Assembly: GCA_050084515.1 (NCBI GenBank)
Contig: CM114271.1
Coordinates: 21,886,001 to 21,950,000 of the forward strand
Direction: 5' to 3'
DNA: 64,000 nucleotides
From: Blasia pusilla
Lineage: Eukaryota
Below are positions 11,541-24,614 of the stretch, one piece after another. The notes beneath the pieces were generated by a model that ran no database searches, was not told where the DNA came from, and saw only the letters and a list, made by a program, of their open reading frames with translations. Numbering within the stretch: position 1 is the stretch's first letter; every line of letters begins with the position of its first letter. The position numbers and the translations under genes are program-made.

Positions 11541-12144
11541 ACTTCTACGGTTAAGTGCAAAGGTCTACTACTATAGAAATGGTACTAGAGCAATTACCGG
11601 ACTTCCCGGTAGCTCATATCCCAACCGGTGGGAACTCTGACGTGGCAGTTCATAGGGGCCACTCAAGCAAGAGATTTCGTAGGGGGACCACTTAAGCAAC
11701 ATAAGTAGGGCAGGGGGCCACTTAAGCAAATACCTAACGGAAATGAGAACCTCGGAGGTTGATCACCCGTGTATAGGACCACCTAATTTGGGTTTATGAG
11801 GGAATCACTAGCTTGATAGAAAAGAAAACTACAAGGCATGCATGCCTCTTCCATGGTTTATTATACATTTTCTTATCGGTTATACATTTAGATTTATGAG
11901 GGAATCGCTAGCTTATATCTAAAAGCTACTGGACATGCATGCCTCTTCCATGGTTTATCAAAAAAATATTTTCTATTTTATATTTCTTTTATGAGTCATT
12001 AGTAGTTCTTTATTTTGTTCAATTTTGATTAGAAAGTAGATAAAATAACATTGAAGAAAAGAAGTTGTGAAAAAAATTACTTTTTTCTCCCCGACCCCCA
12101 ATAAAAAGTAAGTTTTTGGGAGGTTTATCATTTCCTACTGCGAT

Positions 12145-12372
12145 ATGAATCAGTCCTACTCTTGATGAAGCCACATGTAGTTGTAAATGAGGAAGTGCAC
12201 GAGTATTGATGTAGATATGTAAATTTTCTCTAAAGTTTTAACCCTAAGACTTATGAATAGTCATACTCTTGATAAAGCCACATGTAGTTGTAAATGAGGA
12301 AGTGCACGAGTATTGAAGTATATATGTAAATTTTCTCTAAAGTTTTAACCATAAGACTTATTAATAGTCATA
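12145..12372. repeat. 107-bp tandem duplication
   Basis: CCACATGTAGTTGTAAATGAGGAAGTGCACGAGTATTGA at 12171 and 12278. Confidence 0.9.
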
Positions 12373-14899
12373 CAGAAAGCAAAGACAAAAAGGAAATTGA
12401 TATCTAAGCGAATAAAAAGATGACTCTAATCTCCATATAGTGAATGGAATTAATAGAATGAAAATTCAATCTCCAATATTTTTCCCTATAATAATCTTGA
12501 CATATAATCTATTACACGTCGTATGAATCCATGAATCACTAATCATGTCATGCACCTGCTCCATTCAAAATCAATCATTTGTGTCGCAAAAGCTTACGTT
12601 TAGTTGATAACACTCTCCTCACTAACTTGTACCCAAACACACTCATATTAACCATAGTTTGGGCCAATCAGCCTTACATCTTGTGAGTTTGGATCTCAAG
12701 TTACCCCTCGAATTCAAAACATCTAAACGTTGTCAAATATCAACCTAACCCCACCCCCAACACACGTAGGTCATTCATGATTTGAGATAAACTTCCTTGA
12801 TAATCTAGGGACATGAAACAACACTAGCACGGTCCTAACTTCCCAACGGACCTCAAACAAGTCTACTATTGGAACTCCATATCAAAGGCCCAATGTTGAT
12901 GTCCATAATTGGACTACCTCGACTTGGCTTGCTGTCAAAATCCCAACGTCAACCTCTCAATCTATCCACAACCCTTTGTTGAACCCATGTGGTTCACAAA
13001 GTAGGGTGCAAGTTATGAACTTCATTAGAGACTCCCCCCCCTTATATATACGTTCTGAGAAATCCACCCCTCCCTTCATCCAAGGATTTCCTTCTAAACT
13101 ACTCCTTGTGAGTCTTTGGTCCTCAACCTAAACTATCATTCCAATAGTTGCAGGCATGTTTTAAGACTTTCTAGTGTTTTTGTTCAGACCTTTGGCACGG
13201 TGGAACCAACTTTTCATAAGCATTCTAATGTTGTATGCGTATAGGCCAATAGCTTGTGCTAAGTTAAATAGACACTCACATCCTAAGTACTGCAAACTTG
13301 GAATTTTTTTGTTGACATAAACTCCAACCAAGCTCCTTCCATAGATGAAAAGACTAGGAAATAGACTGATAAAAGGCTCGTGGAATAGCATGAGAATGTG
13401 GGTCACGACCATTCTCTTTAATTACCTGTTTGGAGAGCCCACATAAATATCAAAAGGGTGACCATTTGACTCACCAATGTTGATTTGTGCTTCTATCTTC
13501 TCAATTATACGCCCAAGTGTGAGCTTTAAAGTTCTCTTGATATTCATACCACATCTATAAGGGGTCTTGGACTATAAAGACTTCACAAAATCCCTACCAA
13601 GTTTGATTTTTGGTACAATTACAAACAAAAAATTTTGAGTATAATATCATCTTTACAAATTCTCGCTATCAATCATAAGGAGTTATATACATTGATCTCA
13701 AGAGAGGGGATCATGTTAAGGCAACCCTAAACCCTCTCTTAGGTTCATCCCCTTTTGAGACCCCTATTAGAGCGGCTTCATAAACTCCTCATGTCAATGG
13801 TCCTACTCCCATAGTCATATAAATATAAATCAAATATCTAAAAAATACCTCGTGCCTATTCATCCTCGGGTAAAGCTAAACTGAGGTTGAGGCGGGGCTG
13901 CTCGAGCTGCCCTAGACTCCGTACAGAGTCCTGGGTTGGAGAGGAGGCTACAAGCGGGATCTTGTTTGAAAAGTTAGGCTGGTGGCGGGAAATCTTGTAG
14001 AGGTCGTCGGGCAGGGTAGAGGGTGAGCTCAATCGCGCTTGAGTGCTGCGGCGGGAGGGGGGAGAGGGGAGGGCCAACATTCTACTATCATAGTTTTCAT
14101 GCACATACACATCACTACACAATCTACACCGTTGGTCACATCTACACACCACACAACACAAATCTTCCCAACACACGAGAAGATCCACACATAAACAAAC
14201 TACACTCATGCATGTAACTTGAGACCACACAACCATCCCCCTAGTTGCTAGTTGGATCCCCCTAACTCTAGATAGCATAATCACATCTACCTGACGCGAT
14301 CTATTACTCTATACACATCTAGCACCGGCAGTGTTGTTATATCCGCCACATCTCCCAATAAATGCTTGTCCGCGAATCCATCTCATCTGTCTCTACCTAG
14401 GGAAATCGATGTATCCGTTAGTCATCCTACAATATTGTAGCTAATCGCCGTGTTGATCCCTTTGAAGAGACCTAACACTCTTGCACCCTCCTCTAGAAGC
14501 TGCAACACAACCTTTGTGGTGTCCAAAGATGTCAAGTCTCTAGTCGTAGACCAGGTCTTTCACCACACTCTATCTGATCCAAGATACAAGCACCGCTCCA
14601 CACTTGCCTCGCGAGCTCATCTGCACTCCTATGCAAATCAACACTCGTACCCAAAATATTAAAGAGGTCTTCGCACCATAGGGAGAGACACCCATCTCGA
14701 TATGTCTCTCCGTGGGATTATCCACTCCGAGAATATCCTCGGCATGTGTGTCCCTTCCAAAAACTCTCCTAGTCACCTAACACCAAAATGTAAATGCTAC
14801 CAACGTGGTCGCCATATCGTCATGTGGTCGACCATGCCACCACTACGCCTTGCAAACTACACCGGTAAATGGCTCATCCGTCCATCACCTGATTGTCAT

Positions 14900-15330
14900 C
14901 TTGACCAAGAAGAAATTGTGTCGTCTAAAAATTAAGGATGAAACCAAAGGGGTACAACATCATAATCCCTACCAACATATCATACAACTCTTATGGTGTC
15001 ATAATCTTTCGAGGGCCCACCATCGAATTATCTGAATCATACTCTTGCTAGAGTCTAACAACTAACTCATATTGAGTCATGTACTACGTGGGGACATACC
15101 CCCAATAGAGGTTTGTATCTGAAAGGAACAAGGCTAAATGTCACCAATGCCAAACACATTGCCTCCCTAACATCAAGGGTTGCACGCCCAAATCAAGTAC
15201 AATACGTTGCGGGTAGTACACACTACTTATGGGAATAACCAAGTGAAACACTCCAACTCGATTATCCAACAACATCACACCGGGTGTGACCATGGCTGGT
15301 CGAGCTGGCATATCCACCAATGTCATAACC
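14900..15330 (-). pseudogene. Decayed retroelement aspartic-protease-like coding remnant
   Basis: One stop-riddled minus frame reads RIVLDLGVQPLMLGRQ (degenerate D-S-G-A-type motif, ~15206-15159) and then ELYDMLVGIMMLYPFGF (degenerate D-x-L-x-G motif, ~14990-14940), spaced as in retropepsins. Confidence 0.45.
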
Positions 15331-17221
15331 TACCATGACTGAGTGGGGGTCATCCAAAGCACATGCTCTAAGGGTAGGTCCACCATGGCCACCTCCTCAC
15401 CAACCACCTCCAAACAAGAGGCAATTACCTCTCCACTCTCACACATCGTGCATCACAAAAGTTAGAGGGTGCTAACTTTGATATACTTTCAACACGAGAT
15501 ATAATAGTGCCAACTCTCATATGGATTTCATATCAAGTAAAAAAAAATTTCATATTAAGTTTTTAAATCAATAAACTTCTAACGCACGCCAATTTTATGC
15601 ACAAAATTTTCTACCAAAAATGATTCAATACATAAACTACATCATAAATACATCAAATACATATTACCTTCTGATTGATATCAAAATGATGTAGCTCCAA
15701 GTGTTGTGATGTGGTGGCCAACCAGAACACCTACGCTGGCCCACCTCCCATCGCTGCCAAGTCCATAGCGGAAAACAACAGAACCTAGCCCTAGTGGCCA
15801 CCTCCAACAACATGGTCAACATGGGCTCCATCCGAGCTAGCGTAGGAGTCATCTCTCCAACTCTTCGTGACGTCAACGCACCTGCCCCACCTATGAGCAC
15901 TATTGGTTTTCTAGGCACCGTCGATGGTGTATGTAGCACCTCAAAAAAGGTTAACGACTTGAGAACCCTAGCTTGTCACCCATGGGTCCCCTCCTTTGGT
16001 TAATTTCAACCCCATCTCTTGGTGGCTTGGTCACTCTCGTAGCACTCCGAGTCACCACCACAACAGCCTCTACTTTAGCCACACTACACATAAACCTCAA
16101 GCCCACATAATCCTCCCTCGTATCTTGATATGACGTCATGGTTGAAGTCACACTATCTACTCACATTGGCCCACTCCTATAGTAAAGGTGCATGCCTACA
16201 AGGCTACTACTACTTGAGGACCCGTTGACTCCCGTGAAAATTTTGTGAAAATCGTGTGAAGCAACATCGCATCTCAAACTCTACTCCATAACTCCTAGTT
16301 CAAAACCTCAATGGTTGCACGGAATCGGACATGCCCCACGGGTCCCCCGCCCAGGTTTCTTCGGTATCCTTGTGGCCCGCGCAGGCTTGGGACGTGGGAA
16401 CAGGTGCAGGCTCGGAATCTGCCCGCACATAGCTCGTACCGGGCCACGTAGGGCGGATTGTAGCCCACTCACGTTTGACTTGAAAGTCAAATATGAGTAG
16501 AGTTTCATACACTTTTTGGACAAGGAAAATACTATGCCCACACCCTTGGAGAGAGTCCATGGTGCTAATTGGAGTTTGCAGTGAAGAAAGGACCTTATGG
16601 AGAATCTGATGGTTGGTTGGAAAAGGGAAGAAACCTGCCATACCAATTCACAGAGTCATCATCGTATTCATACCCATCCTCCAATGAAGATGCACATTGC
16701 TTCCAAGGAAAGATTCATCACTTTGAACCAAGAGTTGGATTTGAAAATGGAGGAGGAAGTGGATTTGCATTGGGTGAAATTTGTTAAAATAGTACTTAAA
16801 AATTAGAGCCAAGTGAAGAAAAAATTGGAAGCTATTCAAAATAAACAACCATTGGATCGCCTCGCTACTGATCAATACAAAAGAGTGTTAGACACACTTA
16901 AACCTCAAGAGACTCGAGCAAGTTTGTGTGCGGAGGCCATATTGCGGGAACATAATGCAAGGAAATAAGCACTCAACTCTAGTAGAACTAGCATCGACAT
17001 TGACCTTGGAAGTAATGGATAAGATCCAACCCAAATAGTGTGGATTCAAATGATGGGAAGTGATGTCAAAACTATAAAAAGTATGCAAATTTCTCTCCAA
17101 AAACTAAAAAACTTATATTGTATGTGTTGTTCAATAGTGACCAAATTGATGTAAATAGAATTATTAACACAATATTTTTGAAGTGGATGAAGAATTGTAC
17201 TGCACATTGAAAGAATTGTGA

Positions 17222-17620
17222 GTATGAGAAGTTATTGTTCATTGAAGAAGCCTCACACCTTACCAAGGGGGGCAACATACTATTGTAGAATTGGGCAAAT
17301 AATTTTGGCAAACAAGGAACAAAATTTTCTAGATATGGGAATTTACTATTCGATCAAGAAGCCCCACACCCGACTAGGGGGACAACGGACTATTGTAGAA
17401 TTGGACAAACAATTATGGCGAACATTGAACTAAGTGTTCTAAGTATGGGAAGTTGCTATTCAGTTAAGAAGCCTCACACCCGATTTGGGGGGGAGAGGCA
17501 ACCAACTATTGTAGAATTGGACAAATAGTTGAAGAATTGGGCAAACAGTGACCTAAGAACATTGAAGTATAGGAAATTACTATTCGCTAAAGAAGGCTCC
17601 CACCCAATTAAGGAGGGTTG
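17222..17620. repeat. ~110-bp diverged tandem repeat, about 4 copies
   Basis: AAGAAGCC(T/C)CACACC...ACTATTGTAGAATTGG recurs at ~17245, ~17356 and ~17466, with a partial copy at ~17590. Confidence 0.85.
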
Positions 17621-20600
17621 GTAGAAGACTTGGATTGTGGAGCAAACAAACGTTTATATGAACCTGGGGAACTATTTTTCTAAGTATATTGAAACATAAT
17701 TGCATTCATCAGAAGTAATTGTCAAACATTAGGGGTCCAACTTCATATTTCTCATATAATGGAAGTTAACAAATGTGCTTTTTCCATGGAGAGTAGCAGA
17801 GGAAAAAAAATACTACTCCTACACTCTTTTGCTTATTGATTTGAGAAAAAAATTAGTACTCCTACACTCCTACATTCCTAGGCTACTGATCCAAGATGAA
17901 CTCCACTACAAAATGGCCCTACACAAAATCACTCCAGCTTGGTCTCAAACTCTGAGCTACCAGTACAAAGACAACCAAGCTCACAAATGTCATCAAAGGA
18001 AAGTTACCAACCCTAGCAAGAAGTCCTATTCACGTTAATAGATACCTAGGCACATAGGATTGCGGAGATACATATTTACACTTTGAAATATGGTGTGGGT
18101 GGCTTGATTGCTCCTTGTTACAAAAGTTCTCATCAATAGGATCATGCCCGCAAGAACAGAACATGGAAGAGCTATGTTCAGGTTAGATTGAAAAAGTTGT
18201 TAATTCAGGTCATACTTTCATTTGGCATTTGACATAGAGAAGAGATTGCAACATTGAAGAAAACGCTTGTTTCTCACCTTTTTAGTTGCCTTGCTCTTCG
18301 CCCTACTACGATTCATGGTCCTTTGCTTTTGGAACAACCACAAGCTCCTCACTCTTAACTACAATTTTCTCATAAATTGTGGGCTCAGGAATTATATCAT
18401 CCGCCACTATTAAAGACTTCATGGTTGCTTCCATGGATGGCTGCTCGGTTGTCACATCCTCCATCATGATTGCATTCTACTTAAGTTTCAGAGTTCTTCT
18501 TACAAGGCGCCCTTGTGTGCTCTCATCTCCTCCAGCGCCTTCTCCATAGCAATATTTCCTCTGCTGCCCGGCTCTCACGTGCCTTCTTCTCCATATCTTC
18601 CTTCATGGTTGCCCTCCTTTGCCTCTTTGTTGATTCAGATTCCATAACCTATTCATCTACAAATAGCTAATGAGTAGTGTTGTAAGTTCTCCTATCCTAC
18701 ACAATTGAGAAAAATGAATAGGTTGAAGAATTAAGTGGAAGGTACAAACATGGTCCAATAATTTGGGATTACTTGATGAATGTGTTATCGTGCGCCTACT
18801 CCTCTTAAACGTCAATCTCAGATGTTGCGGAAACATACGTTCAATAGATCATGCTCACTATGTTGATCTGCACCCAAACACACTTTAATTAGTCTTGGTT
18901 TGAATCAACCAACCTTCCTACTCCATGAGTTCTCAACTCGGGCGATTCATCAAGCTCACTAGGTCCTCACTCCTCACTTCCCAATAAGGACGAGTCTTCC
19001 TAGACTAGGGTCAGACTTTCTAGATAGTCTAAGCACCTAAAATGGCGCTTGTACGCCTAGCTGTTCCAACCGTCCATGGACCTCACATAAGCCCTTAATC
19101 AAGATCCAAGAAATGAGTCACGGGTTGGAATCCAAGGATGACCTCCGAAATTCACTCCCTTGGATTGGCTTGGTGTTCACACCCCAATGTTAACCTCTCA
19201 AACCATTTCATGCCCTTGGTTTGCCCTGTGGCTCCCCAAAGTAGAGTTCAGGTTCCAAGCGTCGTTGGAGATCCTCCCCATACTTTTGGGGTTCTGTAAC
19301 CTTCCCCTAGCTTTGGGAAAGTCTTCTTGGGCCACTTCTTTTAGCACTCAACCCAACTGTCCTTCTCACATTTTTGGGAAACTTTCTGAATATCTACTTA
19401 TACATTTTTCTAAAGCTTTTCATAAGCTTTCCAACGCCATCTTACTTGTCCCAAACGCACCTTGAGTTAGGATGTTATGACCTAAAACATATTGAAACCC
19501 CAAACGCTAGTCAAGTTCCAATTCTGATTCTCATCCTCTTTGGCAACCCACTCATATTAGACTCGAATCTTCTCAAGTCTTGGTTCACGTTTGGTCTAGG
19601 TTTCTTGAACCGTGATCATTAACACATAAAATGCTCATTCTTGCTAGTGTTTCACATATCATGTCTCCTTCAAGAGACTTCTCTAACGCGCATCCATCCT
19701 CGTGTGAGCTTACTAGAGTCTTGGTGTTTCGCATCAACGCACGTTTGTTTATGAGGGTCTCGTCGACACATATATTCTTTACATCTGCATGTGTGTTCTT
19801 TTGCATGTGTGTTCTTCTTCATGTGGGCCTAGACTACCGCCTTACAAAACATGGCCAAGATCTTCTCCTTGTGGCTCTTCTTCCATGCATTGTAATCTAT
19901 AGTGGCAAGTGGATACCAATACTCCTTGGTATGCATGTGCTTATAGGTGGTTAGGCGTGCTTGACTCTTGATGTGGTCCATAGTCATGTTCACCTATGCC
20001 TCCCTTTCAAGGCGGAGGGTCTTTAGGTCCTTCTCTCTATAGAGAAAGGAGGAAGAGAAACAAGGCCGAGTAAAACATTCTCAACCTAAACCAAACGCGA
20101 AGGGTTGGTACAATTCAACCCTCGAATATAATACCAACTCCTACTAAATTAAGATCCATCATCAAGTTGTTGCTCAACAAGAATAGAAGCTAGAATAGAA
20201 GTCTGAACTTTGTCACACCACTTGCACACGTGTTCATCAACAAGGCAGAACTGAATGATCTTCAACATGTCATGCTCAAGAGAAAAATCAGACAAAGCAT
20301 TCTAAGAGCTTATACCAAACTATTGGAAGTACTGCTCTATCAACTCAACTAATAAATATGAATTTGAGAGAGTGGGGACCTTCCCTGTGCTACAAAACAT
20401 TTGTTGCACCCTATCAAGCATAGTCGTCTTTGCCCGTCGAGCATACTCTTTCTTCTTATCTACCTTTTGTCACTTCCATCAAGCAGGCATATTCCCCCTA
20501 AGGCGGTCATAGTGCTCCATGCTAGTGGCTGCAAAATATAAACCAAAGTTAGTAAAACACTTTTCATGTTTGTTGCAGTAGTGAATTACGTATACATAAG

Positions 20601-22507
20601 AATTGAAAAATGTGCATTTATCACATAAGGATTTACCTCCCCATTGGCCACGAAGTGCTTAGGAGATCTTCTCTGCCATTGATGAAGCAAACTTCTTGGG
20701 CTCGTCCCTCCACCCCCCTTTGTTCTTCAGGCCTTATCTCAAAGGGGGCCCATCTACCATGGGATGAAGTCGATGCCAAGTGCGTAAGTACTTTTCCATG
20801 GTCGTTCGATCTTGCTACAAGTGCCCACAATGTGGGAGCAAACAATGGAAGGACTGAGAGGAGTCTTGAAACTCCCAATGTTCATCCTCATCAACACATA
20901 CCTCATTGGAAACTTTGAGTGATGGCATCTTCACTCTCAAAGATCTCCGAGGTCTAGTGGACACCTACACAATAAAAGCAAATACGGATCATGAATGAAT
21001 GAACAATGCAAATATTGTCACCAACCACTCTTCTTTTTATATCTTACATTCTCAACATGCCGAACACTACTCCGAACATATAGGTTTCATCAGTTCACTT
21101 GGTTTTGAATAGTATTTCCATTGTTCAAGATAAACGGGTTGCTCAAATATCACTGTTCGTAGTAGTGCTAAAATTTCAAGAGATGAAAATAGTGGTACAA
21201 TGCACTTATTGGTTGAATCCTAATCTACATGTGCAAACACAGCAAGAGGAAAATTTCTCACACCAAACAAGAGAATATTTCATGACGTAGAAGACAATAA
21301 GCCAGATTCATAACCCGTAGAGCAAGAGCAAATGTTGATTGTGATGGGACAAAATCAAAAGCCCTCTCTTAATTTTTGAACACAATCAAGAGAGTACAAG
21401 TAATCTCGAATCTCACAAAATCCGTATGACATATTTTATATAAAACATTATTTATATGACATACAATTTGAGTTTCGCCCACAATAAACCCTAACCACAC
21501 AATTCCTTACATTCTACCCTAAAGCTTTTAGTACTCTAATTTATGAAGGACTTCATGGCCACATGTATATTCAATCAACAAAGGCACATTGGTCAGCCTT
21601 ACTTTGGAAAAATTTCTTTAGATTGCACTTGAATCTTTCCTGCCAAGTCTCAATCTCCTCAACCACCCTCACATTCTCCTCCTTGCCGCCCGCTTGTTTC
21701 TCCTTTTCACTACCTCTAACAGAAGAAATCAGGCCGATTTTGGGTCTCAACTCTAAAGCTCTCGTCGTCTCCCTCCCTCCGCTCGCTCTTGATTGCTTGC
21801 CACCTAAAGCTTGGGATGCACTATCTCACCTCAATCCTCAACTCTCCTCGAGCTACTTGGAGTGCAGATGTCGCCTCTTGCCTGGCCTCAATCTTCACCG
21901 AGCTCGAGCTCTCGAGCTCTCTTCCAAGCTCTCCCATCTCCTCGAGCTCTCATCCTCCCGCCTCCTCCTTGAGCTCTCCCCTCTCCTCCGAGCTCTCCTC
22001 CTGCTGCCTTTGGCCTCCCACCTCCTCCTCCAGCTTGATATGAGCTCTCCTCCTTGCAAGAAGTCCCATACACACTCGCCTCGACATCTCTTCCCACCTC
22101 CCATCTCCTCTCGAGCTCTTCCTCAAGCTCGATCTGAGCTCCGAGCTGATCGAGCTCACTAAAACGCGATCTCCTCTACACACTCTTGCCTCACCGCCCT
22201 CTCCGCCTCCGAGGCCTCCTCCCTCCTCCGCACAGTCCGACACAAACTTGAGCTTGAACGCTTGATCCTCCCCTCACATCTTCGACCTCCTCCTCGAGCT
22301 GGATCCAAGCTCTCCTCCTCGTGCACACACTCAGCTCGCCGTGCACACTTGTTTCACCAACCTCGCTGCCTCCGAACCCTCCTCGAGCTCAATCCTCCCT
22401 TCCTCTCTTCAAATTCCGGCCTCCTCTCGCCTCCGACGGGCAACTCGAGCAGCCCCGCCTAACCCTCGGTTTAAGATAACCCGAGGATGAATAGGCACGA
22501 GAGAAAA

Positions 22508-23095
22508 TCTATATTATTATGGGAGAGTGCTTTCTTGATTTGCAAACACCTCTCTATTTGACATATGGCAATTGGGCAGCAAGAAAATATTTCACATGCT
22601 ATAGGCAGCAAGAATTTTTTTTTAATTATGTGCACCATCATTAATCTCTTCCCTTCATGGGCTATACGCTAGCTCTTCAAATACTTTTTTATTTCACGTG
22701 CATCACACGAGCGCGTTATCTATACTATTATGGAAGAGTGTCTTCTTGATTTGCAAATACCTCTATGCTTGACACATGGCAATTGGGCAGCAAGAAAATG
22801 TTTCACATGCTACGGGCAGCAAGAAAAACTTTGAATTTAGGTGCAACGTTATTAATCTCTTCCATTCACGGGCTATACACTAGCTCTTCAACGACTTTCG
22901 CGTACATCGCACGAACACCTTATCTATATTATTGTTGGAGAGTGCCTTTTTTATTTGTAAACACTTCTATGGTTGACACGTGACAACGGAAAAAAAAAAA
23001 TGTTTCACGTATTACGAGAAAACAATTATATTGAATTTATATGAAACATCATTAATCTTTTCCCTTAACGGATTATATCCCAACTCTTCATACAA
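22508..23095 (+). mobile_element. Head-to-tail array of three ~205-210-bp non-autonomous Helitron-like units
   Basis: Units start A|TCTATA(T/C)TATT at 22508, 22719 and 22923 (Helitron-type 5' TC end). Units 1 and 2 end with hairpin consensus CGTGCATCGCACG (22697-22709, 22901-22913) about 10 nt before CTA. Confidence 0.65.
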
Positions 23096-24614
23096 TTTTA
23101 AAAAATTGTATGAAGAATTACTAATTAAAATGACATTTTATTCTAACAAGATATCCATAGATAACTTATGAACTTACTCCCTAGGGTTTACGTCCGTCAC
23201 TTGGAATTGAAACCCCTACGGAAATTTGTGTGATGCAGCATTTCGGTAGCAATCGGCCTGACCGTGGATCTGACGGATTCCGATTTCCGCAACGGACTTC
23301 CCGCCACTTCCCCTCCTTTACGGAAGCACCCGTTTTTCACCGTCACAGTTTTTGCGCATGTCATAGTCTAGGGAAGTCTAGAATATGTGACAGACTGCAG
23401 CAGTTCGGAGAACTTTGGGACGGGCTTCGCTGCGCCTTGACTTTTCAATTGTCGGCGGACCTACGGCCGGGGAGAATCGGGCAGTGGGGCGCTCAACCGG
23501 TGGAAATCTCGAATCCCAGTTTCCATTTTTGAAACACCGGCCAAAAATCGACCGCGAATATGGGATCCTTAGTACTTTGTTTCAACAAATAGCCAACCGG
23601 AAGTAAGAAAACTTGGAGATTTTCCGCATTGGAATTTCCGTACAGGCGTCTTTTGATATTCCCCCGTTTCGCTTTATTGCGTATGCTTCCAAAATCAAAT
23701 TTTCGCGCATGAGGCCCTGGGAATGTTTCGGGGAAGGCTTAGGTTTCCGCCCTTAGTGTAGTGAGGTTGAGGTTGTGTTAGGGGTGCATTTCTTTGTTGG
23801 ATGTCGGTGACGAGAATTTGGAAGTTTGGACTCGATCGCCTTGCTTTGATCCCTTGTTGCCTCCCCTTTAAATGGGTGGTCATGTTGCCAGCCCTTTAAA
23901 CTTGAAAGTGGTTTGACCGTCGCTCTATGAGTGCATGAGACCTAACCGTCCGAGGACCGAGAAAAAGGTCTGCTTTTAGTGTCGCCCTGCCGCTCGGGTT
24001 GGTTGTTTCGGTGACGGTGGTTACATTCGTGATGAAGAGGTCGATTTGCGACATGTTCTTGGAATCGCAGATAATCTCTTTCCTGATGAAACTAGTCTTA
24101 ATACAGTGGCCGTCGGCTTTTTCGATGTTTTCTCCATTTCACCCTTTCATGCATTAGTAAGCTAGGCACTCATGTGACGATTCGATCTTGGAGCGATCAT
24201 GGTTTCGCCTCCAGATGTTAAGGCATGAATCGCGAGTTGAAATGTTCGCCCACTTTATCTTTATCATGGATCCGGTCTTTGCTCTCACTTTTGACTTTAG
24301 GTTTCTCGCTCTGGAGCTGGGGTCCTGGGTGCCCATAGATTCCGAGCTCGTCAGCTTTTTACACTCAGTAGGGTCTGATCAGGCCCGGTTTTTTTCATTT
24401 TCTTAATGTTCAAAAAATTTGTATTTTCCTGGACTTTTTTCCCGAACTTTTGCTGGTCGGATCGAAAATTTTACCAGCTGGCATTACAAAGATTACCGGT
24501 TCTGGGTGCCCTTAGCTTGGGTCGACCCCTCTTCCCTCATAGCTCAAGAGGTTGCCCATGGACCGATTGAAGGTTCGAATCATCAGGATTGCAAAATCTT
24601 TAGATAGCTGCTAC

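Larger units (their letters stand above)
1..11734. mobile_element. Right arm of a large Mutator-like (MULE) DNA transposon; left end lies outside the window
   Basis: The right end shows plant MULE TIR architecture: TGACGTGGC at ~11638, three GGGG(G/A)CCACT(T/C)AAGCAA sub-repeats (11655-11729), ending ...AAGCAAATACC at ~11734 (reverse complement GGTATTTGCTTAAGTGGCCCCC). One motif family (GGCGGCTA) links 1-1150, 3700-5070, 8316-8680, 10300-10480 and 11120-11510. No transposase or partner TIR is visible, so the class is inferred. Confidence 0.55.

Noticed and set aside
16300-16475. GC-rich patch resembling a MITE, with overlapping ORFs
   Set aside because: No convincing TIR pair or TSD, and the translations are unrecognisable.
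21563-22462. L/S-rich and G/E/R-rich ORFs
   Set aside because: They derive from a low-complexity CTCGAGCTC-rich tract that is open on both strands.
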